Shown: one piece after another, positions 10,186-19,434 of the stretch
Layout of the letters: each line of letters opens with the position of its first letter
Numbering within the stretch: position 1 is the first letter of the stretch
Source of the DNA: Neophaeotheca triangularis
Taxonomy: Eukaryota
Assembly (NCBI GenBank): GCA_054600435.1
Contig: BAAIJX010000027.1
Location: 248,001-283,414, forward strand
Length of the DNA stretch: 35,414 bases
Direction: 5' to 3'
Notes under the pieces: model-generated
Told to the model about the DNA's origin: nothing
Seen by the model: the letters and a program-made list of their open reading frames with translations, nothing else
Databases searched by the model: none
Position numbers and translations under genes: made by a program

Positions 10186-11264
10186 TTAAGTGATCATCTT
10201 CATGACCAGCTCCACGGTCAAAAAGGTACCCGCGCTCACAGGCGCCGCCCTCAACAACGTGGGACCAATACCCTTGAAGAAACCACCCAAGCCCTCACCC
10301 CTATAAGTCTGCCTAAAAGCATCCCTCATGCTCGAGTACCTCTGCTTCTCGCCCAAGCCATCACTCTGCAACTTGGACTTGACGACATCGAACGGGTACG
10401 AGCTGAGCCAGAGCACCTCGCCCGCCAAACCACCATACCACGCAATCTTCCACGTGGGGATCTCCTTGCGGCTCATGTTGTTGCGCTTGGCGTCCGAGTT
10501 CATCATCCACTCAAAAGCCAAAAACCACGAACCGTAGGCTTGGGCCTCACGCAGCCATGTCACCGATGTCCCGCGGTAGAGACCGAGCGCGACGTTGGGG
10601 CTGCGCGACAGCTTGCTGATGCAGTCCAGCGGCCCCGCGTACAGTCTTCCGGCGCCGTGTGGTTGCGTCTGCAGCCGAATGCGGATGTGCTCGATCGGCG
10701 AGCTCAGCAGAGTGTTGGAGATACCGGCGAAAGCGCCCGCGGCGTAGTACTGACTGTAGTAGAGGGGCTGAGGCTGGTCGTCCAGCTGCTCGGCGGTGAT
10801 GCCGAGTTTGGCGGCGTTGGAGGCCTCGAAAGCGCGCTTGGCGTAGTTGAAAGCACCGAATTGGACGGAGACGCAGGCGCCTATGCCTATGAGGGGCGTG
10901 AGGGTGCCTTTGTAGAAGGCGGAGGGGCCCTCTTGCTTGAAGATTTGGGTGGCGGCATCGAGGGCGCCTTTGTATTGGGTTGTGGTTTGTAGTCGGACCT
11001 TGACGATGTCTGGGAATCGTGGTTAGATATCTGGGTTTGGCGTTCCTGGCGGTGGCAGTGCCTTACCAAATGGTTGACCTGGTTGCCATCTATCAGCTAC
11101 ATTTCTCTATTGGGTTCGGATTGCGATTATGTACCTATTAACACCTGTGCCATGCCACCCAAGGCACCAGAGAACAGATCCTTGGTGGTGCGCGACACGG
11201 CATCGGCGCTTCTCCTCTGCTCCAAAGCATCATCGCTCCTCGCCTGCTCCAACGCTCGCGACAT
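10186..11264 (-). CDS. Mitochondrial carrier (SLC25; YMC1/YMC2/carnitine-acylcarnitine clade), 321 aa. Exons 11264-11135, 11078-11067 and 11009-10186
   Basis: DLFSGALGGMAQVLIG|QPFD|IVKVRLQ. Three carrier signatures: PFDIVKVRLQ, PIEHIRIRLQ and PFDVVKSKLQ. The exons sum to 966 nt in frame. Confidence 0.92.
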
Positions 11265-12019
11265 GTCGAGATTGGTGTAGAAGTACGCCGAGATTCAACT
11301 GCCTGCAGCAGGTAGCTTAAGCGTTCCAATGAAAAGAAAGATGGGATATATCAAAGCGATCAGTGCCCACCCCGACTCACACACAGGAAGATAAGGTAAA
11401 TAGGCAAGACGTGTAGGGTATGTAGCACGTGAACTTGTTCATTCACGGCCCCAAATTTCGCAACCTCCAGGGCTGAGGTGTTGATTCCATCACGGCACTG
11501 AGCATTGGCTCCGCTGATAATGTAAGCTTTCCCGCGCAGGCGCAGGCCTACATACTAGTAGGTACTCCAGCTATTCTCAGCCACAAACTGTGGCGTCAGG
11601 TACCTCACCACCAATCTAGGCCCGACGATCGACATCCATTTTCAATCGAGACAAGGTAGGAACCTACATAACTAGGTAGGTAGCTGTGGACTGGTACTTA
11701 CAGCGGGCCAGTTCGAAAAGTATCGTAATCCCTTGCTCCCGTCTCTGAGAGCTAGCAAAAGGTTAGGGTTGGGTAGGGTGGCAGTCACGTACATATAGTT
11801 GCTAGCAAAGGCCCGTCTGCGTGAGGAGAAGCGCCCACTTCTACTGCACCTATCTTTTGCAAGGCAGTCTTCTCATCGCCAGTAACCAACAAATCACATT
11901 AACAGCAACCCATCCAACATCCAACATACAACACAACTACATAGCTTCCTCTCTTGCCTCAGCACTCCAACTCCATAACCCCGACCCCCTCCAACCCCAA
12001 CCTCGCCGCCCCACCAACC

Positions 12020-12348
12020 ATGGGCGCCATCGACAAAGGTGCGCAATCCCAACTACCCACCAAAACCTCACAATCCCTAGCCCCGCCCCCGAATCACTAA
12101 CCCCAAAACACACCCTACCCCAGCCCTCCTCAAACTCGAGCAATTCGCCGGCAAGAAAACCGGCCACAATGTCGACGCGAGGAAAATGCGCGGCATCAAC
12201 CGCAAAATCGTAAGTTCCCTGCCGGGCATGAAGCTTGTGGCGATTTTCGTGTTGCCGTGCTGACGGGAGTTGCGTGGGGCGTTGATAGGCGGCCAAGTTG
12301 TCGCAGGTGATAAGGCAGGCGACCGGGAAGAATGTGCCTGGACTGTAA
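12020..12348 (+). CDS. Small 54-aa basic protein MGAIDKALLKLEQFAGKKTGHNVDARKMRGINRKIAAKLSQVIRQATGKNVPGL. Exons 12020-12038, 12124-12209 and 12289-12348
   Basis: Start context CAACCATGG. Intron 1 is GTGCGC...CACTAAC(12095)...CAG and intron 2 is GTAAGT...GCTGAC(12259)...TAG. Exons total 165 nt ending in TAA. C-rich 5' and G-rich 3' flanks resemble those of neighbouring genes. Confidence 0.75.
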
Positions 12349-12676
12349 CTAAAAAGGGGTGGATGGCGTGGCCGAGGGTTTGGGGGGCACTGGTGTGGGT
12401 TATGCTGGGTTGGCTTGGTGGTTTGTAACGTGTCAAGGGCCGTTTTTTTTTTTTTTCTAGAGGGAGGTTAAGGTGTATGGATGGGTGGCGAAGGCTTGTA
12501 GTCTACTGTGTACATGATACCCGCGGGCTTCTGTTCTGGAGCCATTCGCAGACTGCTGCTCTCCGCACCCTACTGAGGTAACGACTAAAAAGCCAAACAA
12601 ACTCGACATCTCCGTCAGCTAGGCGTTTTTGCACCAAGCAGCAAACACTCCACCCCACGATCCACCAATCCCTTCT

Positions 12677-13385
12677 TCAAAACTCCAACCCCAACCCTTC
12701 CCTCACCTCCTCAACCCTCTCCTTCTCAACCGCGCCCGCAATCATCCCCCACATCTCCCTCCGAATCTTAACCCTAGCATTCGCGCACTTTTGCCACTTA
12801 CGAAACTCCCTGCTCACTCTCTCTCGCTCCTCAAGACTCACGGGTTTCAAACCACCGGCGCGCAACTTGTCAAGACGGGCAACAGCTTCGGCTTTATCGT
12901 TGGCGAGCCTAGCGACGGCGATTTTGAGCTCCGCGAGCGGCACTTGCGATGAACCACTGCGGAGAGCGGCGCGGAGTTCTTTCTCCTCGGCTTTGAGAGC
13001 TGTTGCCGCGTCGCGGAGTTGAGTTGTCTCGTCGGTCATGGCTTTGAGCTCGGCGGTGGGGATCTCGTCTGTCTCCTCCTGGAAGGGGGATGGTCGGTCA
13101 GCAAGGCACGGAGGCAGGTGGATGGAGTCGCTGGCTTACCTGGACGGCGTGGTAGACCATCTGCTTGCCCGCTGCTTTGCCTTCGATGTCTTTGCGCTCG
13201 TGCATGTCTTTGAGGAGTTTGGCCGTCGCGGCTTTGGTGACGCGGTTCTTGAGGTTGGCGCTGATGTCTGTGGCGCTGTAGGGGCGATTTTGCTTGCGGA
13301 GGTAGTTGAGGATGAGTGCTGCCGATTGCTCCGGGTTGAGCTTAGCCTCCTTCACTTCCTTGTCGTCTTTCTTCGTGGGCGCCAT
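12677..13385 (-). CDS. HOP2: Homologous-pairing protein Hop2/TBPIP (Meu13), 215 aa. Exons 13385-13140 and 13078-12677
   Basis: Winged-helix ILNYLRKQNRPYSATDISANL...GKQMVYHAVQ, intron 13139-13079 (GTAAGC..GCTGAC..CAG), then a coiled coil and a C-terminal ...VREGLGLEF. Confidence 0.92.
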
Positions 13386-13736
13386 TGTGGTGTTTTGTGG
13401 TGGCGGTAGGCTGTTCTGTCGCAATGGCGAGTCTAGCGGTGGTCGATAGTGTGATGGCAATGTCAGAGATGGGCGGGTGAGAGTTGCAAGATGTTTTAGG
13501 CTCCATCCTGTCCGGAGAGAGTGTAGTTGCTGCCTGGTGGTGTTGAGGAAGGTGCGGATATCGGGACTTCCCTTTTCGGCGAGTCACAATGCATCCCACG
13601 ACCACACATCTTCTCAGACATGAGCTTTCTCGGTGATTCCAGGGTCGAGTTTCGCACAATCTCGCGTATTGCACCGTATTCTTACTACTTGATTTACATG
13701 CAGCAAGCAAAGTAGTCGTCGCTCAACCACAGCATC

Positions 13737-15077
13737 TCACTCAGCTGCCCATCTTCTACCGCCTCCCTTCCTCCACAACCAGACAGCCTCCGTAGCATAC
13801 GCTTTCGCGCTGACGTGTCTACCCCCGTCAACCCCATTTCCCTCACTCTCAGCAACAAGCCCATCCACAACTCGTTCTCGATCCATCTCGCGCCACAAAC
13901 TCCTAGCAAGCTCACCAAGCGTATCCTCAGCACCCACCGTGTTCGCGCCAGGCTCCCCGGGATCGCCAAACTCGCCCGTGCCCAGCCGAAACAGTATCCG
14001 ACCCAGAGTCTGGAACGCGATGCATCTTTGCCCGGGAAAGGTCGAGCGCGCCAGATGCGCAAGCTCTGGAATAGTGTAGCCCGCTGCGTCCGGGGCGTCG
14101 CCATGATTATGCAGCCCTTCCGTTACAGGTATTGCGGCAGCCGTATTTGGAGGCAATAGCTCGCCCTTGAAGCCGAAACGAAGGTCTTTTGGGTTGAGCT
14201 CAGACTGTGCAGAGGTGTAGGCGTTATCTGACTCTTTATCCGATTGCATCCATGCAAGCTTTTCCGGGTTTGATGGGAGCGAGGGAAAGTATTTGGTGTG
14301 GAGGTCTTCGAAGAAGGTGGATGATGAGGGGTCGAGTTCGGCTGGTTGGTCGGGTTGAGGGAAGTGGACGCTATCATGCGGAAGATGCTCTGCCTCTTGA
14401 ACCTGCGGTTTCATCGCTTGTGTCTCCTTTTGGCCGTATTCATCTTCATGGGGTGTAGGGGCGACCTCTGGTGCTTGGGCGAAGGTTACCTTCTTGGATG
14501 AATCTTTTGGTTTCTTTGGTGCTTCGTCCGCCATCTCAAACTGATCGAGCCTTGTCTCATTACTTCCACTGTCGATGTTTGACCTCTTCAACAAGCGCTC
14601 GAGTAGGGCCGGACTTAGGCTGCTCAACAACTCCCCCCTCTCTTCTGCGATTTCTTCAGACGACATGCCTGCTAGCTTCTGATTGTTTTCCTCATCGATA
14701 CGGTGCCTTTCTTGCTCTTCCCAGTCAAGTGGTTCGTTTGACGAGGCCTCGTTCCTACCTTGGCCGCTTGCGCCTGAGCTGTTTGCCGTGGATTTGGGAG
14801 GATTGTCACTCTTGCTGCCAAACTCGCGACCGCCGGATTTTCGCTGTTTGAATCTACTCTCGACTGGCCGCTTATGATGAGGAGGAAATCCGCCGTCAGT
14901 CTTCTTCTTCAACGCAGGCGCACTTGGTGGTTTTGGCGCAGCGGTTTTACGTTCTAGGACATCGCCGACGAAGCTAAAGGGCGTGGCGGCTGCGCTCTGG
15001 GGAGCTTGCTCATCGTCTGATGTATCGAGGTCGACCTCGAAGCGGTCGCCAGGAACAAATTCGGACATTTGAGACAT
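13737..15077 (-). CDS. RBA50: RNA polymerase II assembly factor Rba50 (RPAP1 N and C domains), ~446 aa
   Basis: IDEENNQKLAGMSSEEIAEERGELLSSLSPALLERLLKR (RPAP1_N) and LRFGFKGELL...GLHNHGDAPDAAGYTIPELAHLARSTFPGQRCIAFQTLGRIL (RPAP1_C). First ATG is at 15077. Confidence 0.93.
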   Translation of the reverse strand: MSQMSEFVPGDRFEVDLDTSDDEQAPQSAAATPFSFVGDVLERKTAAPKPPSAPALKKKTDGGFPPHHKRPVESRFKQRKSGGREFGSKSDNPPKSTANSSGASGQGRNEASSNEPLDWEEQERHRIDEENNQKLAGMSSEEIAEERGELLSSLSPALLERLLKRSNIDSGSNETRLDQFEMADEAPKKPKDSSKKVTFAQAPEVAPTPHEDEYGQKETQAMKPQVQEAEHLPHDSVHFPQPDQPAELDPSSSTFFEDLHTKYFPSLPSNPEKLAWMQSDKESDNAYTSAQSELNPKDLRFGFKGELLPPNTAAAIPVTEGLHNHGDAPDAAGYTIPELAHLARSTFPGQRCIAFQTLGRILFRLGTGEFGDPGEPGANTVGAEDTLGELARSLWREMDRERVVDGLVAESEGNGVDGGRHVSAKAYATEAVWLWRKGGGRRWAAE

Positions 15078-15971
15078 GGTTTGCTCAGATGCTGATGTTA
15101 TGTTTTGCAGAATTGAAGGTTTAGTGAGGCACCTGTCTGGAAACTCAGGTGCAACTGCTTCCACGTCGTTATCGTTATCGTTGCCTTATCGTGGAGATCT
15201 ATTCTTCCATGCAGGGCGGGGAGCGTGCAGACTGCCGACGGACGCTAAAAGCGGGTGAGCTAGTGCCTAAATTGGAAACCTACTTTCTAACCTCCTTCAC
15301 GCATATGTAGAGCCGTGAAAGGATACGACAGGCCACAAAAGCCTGACATGGCGCTCGTTCGTTGTCTAATAGATTCGTACGAAACGCTACATGCGTCTCG
15401 TGGTGTCCGAGGATGCTGTCCGAGCTCGTTCAGCCCAAGTCGCACAAAAAGGCGTTAAGCCGACGGAACGAACGACTTCCAGCATCTTGGAACGTGCCGA
15501 GCTGGAGTAGGAGAATGCATGTGGTGTGATTGGGAGTTGTCCGTCAGCATTGGTAGTGAAGACCGAGGGGACATTGGTATAGCAGCATCTCGACATTATC
15601 ATTACCTGTCAACAAGATGTAAGTCATTATGTTGGAATAGCTAAGGTTGTAGTCGGGAGGATAAAAGGTAGACAGCTCTGTATAGTAGTAGTGTACCTAG
15701 TGTATACGCTTCAACGCTTGGCTTAAGGTACTTTAGGGCGCCGTGTTTTAGTGGAGAGTACAGTACAAGCTCGGCTGTCAGGTACCATAAGTGACCGGGC
15801 GGCGGGCGGCCTAGCAGCATTATTATTTGCCTGACCAAACGATGCCGTCTTTTCTCCAGTCGCGCCTCTCAGCCCTCGTGCTTTGCTTTGCACATCCCTT
15901 AGCTTAGCTCAGCTCCCGGTGTCCCCTTCAGACCCTTCAGGCCAGGCAGTCGTCCCGGATTCGACATGCGA

Positions 15972-15979
15972 GTGTGCGT

Positions 15980-16015
<36 letters not shown>
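15972..16015. repeat. GT/GTGC microsatellite, pure (GT)12 at 15992-16015
   Basis: Direct reading of the sequence. Confidence 0.95.
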
Positions 16016-16746
16016 CCCCAGTGTGTGTCCAGTGTGCTCGCTGGCTCCCCCGCGTCGGTGGGAAAGTAATTGGTTCTCCCGCTCTTGTCGCGCCTTCTTT
16101 TCGCTTCCCGCGAAGCCCAGGTTCCCCCCCAATTCTCTCATCATCCTCGTGAGTAGTCTCTCTCCTTGCCTTTGCCAGGTTTACTTTGATTTCCTTCTCC
16201 TTCCTCTCCTCTCCTCTCCTGCTACAACACCTCCTGTCGCCAAATACCATCCATCTCTGCTGCACTCTTCGTCATCGAACAATTCCCATAACCACCGCCT
16301 CCCGAACCACAATATCTTCCAGAACGCGATACAGTCGTCAAAAGGCGTGCTGCCGCCTTGTACAATTGACAATAGTATTTTTTGCTATTGTCGTTGTCGC
16401 CTTGGTGTCGGAGGTGGCAGTCACCGCCGCTTGAGGTTCGGCGTTTCGTCTCCATCCACCAATAACTTACCTAGGTACCTACCTTAGGTGCAGCCCGCTT
16501 CGGGGGTCATCGCTTGGACCCCAAATTCAAGTTGTTGCACCAGTTGCCTCGTAACTAGTACTGATACCATCCAATACCACCTACTGCCACTCCACGCCTT
16601 GATATCGAGAGCCTTTGTTGCTTGGACGGTTGGCTTACGACTTGGCATACCGCTATCCTCCTGATCGGATCGTCACCACTTATTACACCGCCAACACTCC
16701 CGTCCCTGCCTGTATGGCAATAGTACCTCCACGTTTCCGCGATCAA

Positions 16747-18894
16747 ATGGATGTCGACCGAGCTTCCGAGCTGAGCTCGTCTTCTATCTCATCTCTTCCG
16801 AACTCGCCGCAGCCGCCTAACAACGCATCCGACGTTATCCGCGTCTCTCATCCAACACATTCGACTTTTGGTGAAGGTGTTGTTCGTCCAGCTTCGGCAA
16901 CTTCCGGTCAGACAGCTACACAACAACCTTACACTACGACATCGTCCACAAAGACTAAGACTACTTCTACTACTACTAATGGCAACGGGGAGACCAAGAT
17001 CAAGCGATCCAGAAAGAAGAAGCTTGATGCTAACGGTAACCCCATCGTCGACGACAAACCAAAGGAGAAGAAACCTCGGAAGCCTCGAGAACCCAAGGAG
17101 AAAGCGACCGGCGCCGCAAATGGCTCTGCCACAGGCCCGCGCAAGAAGCAGAAGACGGAAGAAAAGGCTGCACCACAGGCTCCATCCAACTCCTCTCGAC
17201 AACCGACCGTGGTTGAGGCCATGAATGGGCACAAGACAGCCGCTTTCCAGACCCCTGCAATTCCACCAGCTCAAGCAGCCCCGTCGCAATCCAACACTTT
17301 CATCGACAGTCGCAGCAACAGTCTGCTCCATCCAACATCCAATCCGCCTACTCCACGACCTTTGTCGAGCGGTCAGAATTACGACCCTATTCGCTCTGCC
17401 ACCATCGAGCCTGGACAGACTCGTGCACCCAGCACCTCCAACTACGACCAGCGCCCGAGCTCACGCCCTTCTAACACCTCCTTCTACGGGCAGCACCTTG
17501 CCTCTACTTCGTCAGACTACAAACATCCCACCTCCACTTCTTCCCACCGTCCTTCCGACCAACCACAATCCAAATTCTCACAACCTCCTTCGCATCCCAC
17601 ATTCACTTCACCAAACGCTCGCGCTTCGCCTTCCATCATGAGTCTTATTGACCCCCCAATGGCGACAAAGCCTTCGCCAACAACGGGCGCGTCATCACTG
17701 CCGCAACCGCTGAAGCGAGCTTCTGTCACTGGTCAACAACCCCCTCCTGTTGTGCAGTCAACCACCACCGCTCCAACCCCTCAACCTCAGCAGGGCTCGC
17801 CTGACCCAGCTCCTCCAAAGACAGCCATGGCTAACATGGATGGCGCAATGGAGATTGATTGCGACGAGCCAAAGCAGGTCGAAGCCAAGCCCGCCGCGCC
17901 CAAGTCCAATTCATCTGGCCCCGCGCCCAAAAACTCTCGCCCAACACCCCCACCACCAAAAGCACAAAAGGGCACAGGCAGCGGTCTGTTGTCTAGCAGC
18001 GACCTCTTCGGCGGACCTTCGACGAGCGACGGCACACAGCGCAAAGGCGTGGACATCGACATTCGCATCTCGCTCAACCCAGCGGGAGGGAACATCATCA
18101 ACATGGCGCAAGAGATCGTCAAGAAGTACGGTCGTGACGCCATCAACCCGCGCGCCGCCGCTCATCGCGAAGCACTCCTCCGCGTCGCCGCCGAAGCCAA
18201 CCGCATCGAAGGTGGTGCCACCGATGACATGTCGCTGGACGAAGTCTCGGATCAAGACGACAGCAATGTGGAAATGAGCGGCGCCAACGACGGTGCTGGA
18301 CCTGGAGGTTTGACCATGGATGGCAAGCCGCGCCAAAGGAGGAAGAAGATCGAAGAGTACGACAAGGAGGACGATTTCATCGACGATACGGAGTTGGCGT
18401 GGCAGGAGCAGGCCGCTGTCGCCAAAGACGGCTTCTTCGTCTACTCCGGCCCGCTCGTGCCAGAAGGCCAGGCTGCACGCGTCGAAGCCAACGCTCCCAT
18501 TCGCGGTGCTGGCAGAGGCAGAGGCCGTGGTCGCAGAGCTGCTGGCGCTGCCGCCACTGGTGCCACGCACGCTTCTGTTGCGGAAACTAAAGCCAAAGAC
18601 CCGAATGTACCCGCTACGACGACGACCGGTAGAGGCAGAGGCAAAGGCTCTCGAGGCGGCGCCACGACTACAACACGGAAGCCGAGGATCACCAAGGCGG
18701 ACCGCGAGCATATGGAGAAGGAGAAGCTGGAAAGGGAGAGAGCTGGTGCGAATGAGTCCGTGAGTGGTGGTGGTAGTGGTGGCACGGGCGTGGGCAACAC
18801 CACAGCCGCGGCCATGGCTGCTGGCGGTTACGTGGGAGGGGCGGGACAGCCTTCAACTGCTTCCGCGGCGCAACATTCGGGGGCTTCGGGATAG
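16747..18894 (+). CDS. HPC2: HIR histone-chaperone complex subunit Hpc2 (HUN/ubinuclein-type domain), ~715 aa
   Basis: HUN motif RRKKIEEYDKEDDFIDDTELAWQEQAAVAKDGFFVYSGPL, preceded by INMAQEIVKKYG. Long S/P/T-rich disordered N-terminus with basic NLS-like patches. An alternative in-frame ATG lies at 16714. Confidence 0.85.
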   Translation: MDVDRASELSSSSISSLPNSPQPPNNASDVIRVSHPTHSTFGEGVVRPASATSGQTATQQPYTTTSSTKTKTTSTTTNGNGETKIKRSRKKKLDANGNPIVDDKPKEKKPRKPREPKEKATGAANGSATGPRKKQKTEEKAAPQAPSNSSRQPTVVEAMNGHKTAAFQTPAIPPAQAAPSQSNTFIDSRSNSLLHPTSNPPTPRPLSSGQNYDPIRSATIEPGQTRAPSTSNYDQRPSSRPSNTSFYGQHLASTSSDYKHPTSTSSHRPSDQPQSKFSQPPSHPTFTSPNARASPSIMSLIDPPMATKPSPTTGASSLPQPLKRASVTGQQPPPVVQSTTTAPTPQPQQGSPDPAPPKTAMANMDGAMEIDCDEPKQVEAKPAAPKSNSSGPAPKNSRPTPPPPKAQKGTGSGLLSSSDLFGGPSTSDGTQRKGVDIDIRISLNPAGGNIINMAQEIVKKYGRDAINPRAAAHREALLRVAAEANRIEGGATDDMSLDEVSDQDDSNVEMSGANDGAGPGGLTMDGKPRQRRKKIEEYDKEDDFIDDTELAWQEQAAVAKDGFFVYSGPLVPEGQAARVEANAPIRGAGRGRGRGRRAAGAAATGATHASVAETKAKDPNVPATTTTGRGRGKGSRGGATTTTRKPRITKADREHMEKEKLERERAGANESVSGGGSGGTGVGNTTAAAMAAGGYVGGAGQPSTASAAQHSGASG

Positions 18895-19434
18895 CATGCC
18901 AGGACTACGGCGTGAGTGGGGTATTGACATTCCGAATGGCGGAAGAATGCTTCTCGCGACGAATGTGCGAATACAAATCATCTTTGCTGGGTTTCGGCGA
19001 GGAGTTCGGCGCTTTACTGACTATTGGCTAAGAGGAGCCTTGCTGCTTTCCCTCTCCTGTGGCCTAGAAATGAGCGAGCGAGCTGCTATGATATGTACAA
19101 TGCTTTCTTCCATCCTGCTCAGCAATTCGAGCTCATTTCTTTCTACCGCTGGCAGCGGTTTCGGTTCTAGGTGTAGCTAGCATCGACCCATACGTACAGT
19201 ACCTAGCTACCGTTACGAAGGATAACCACCCATGAATTGGCTGGCTTGCTCAAGTACAAAAACCAGCATGTAAACCACTACAGGTGAATTGAATTTGAGG
19301 CCTACATGTATATGTACCTTGGCTTTATTCAACGCCCCCGTCGCTAAAACGCTAGACAACATCATCATTACGAACCGCCCCTGTTCCTCGAGCTGTTCAT
19401 GGCCCCGACACGCGGGTCAAATGCTCCTCATAGC

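Noticed and set aside
11761..11770. AACCCTAACC on the minus strand as a telomerase RNA template
   Set aside because: Only ~750 bp of divergent promoter is available, too little for a Pezizomycotina telomerase RNA, and no pseudoknot was seen.
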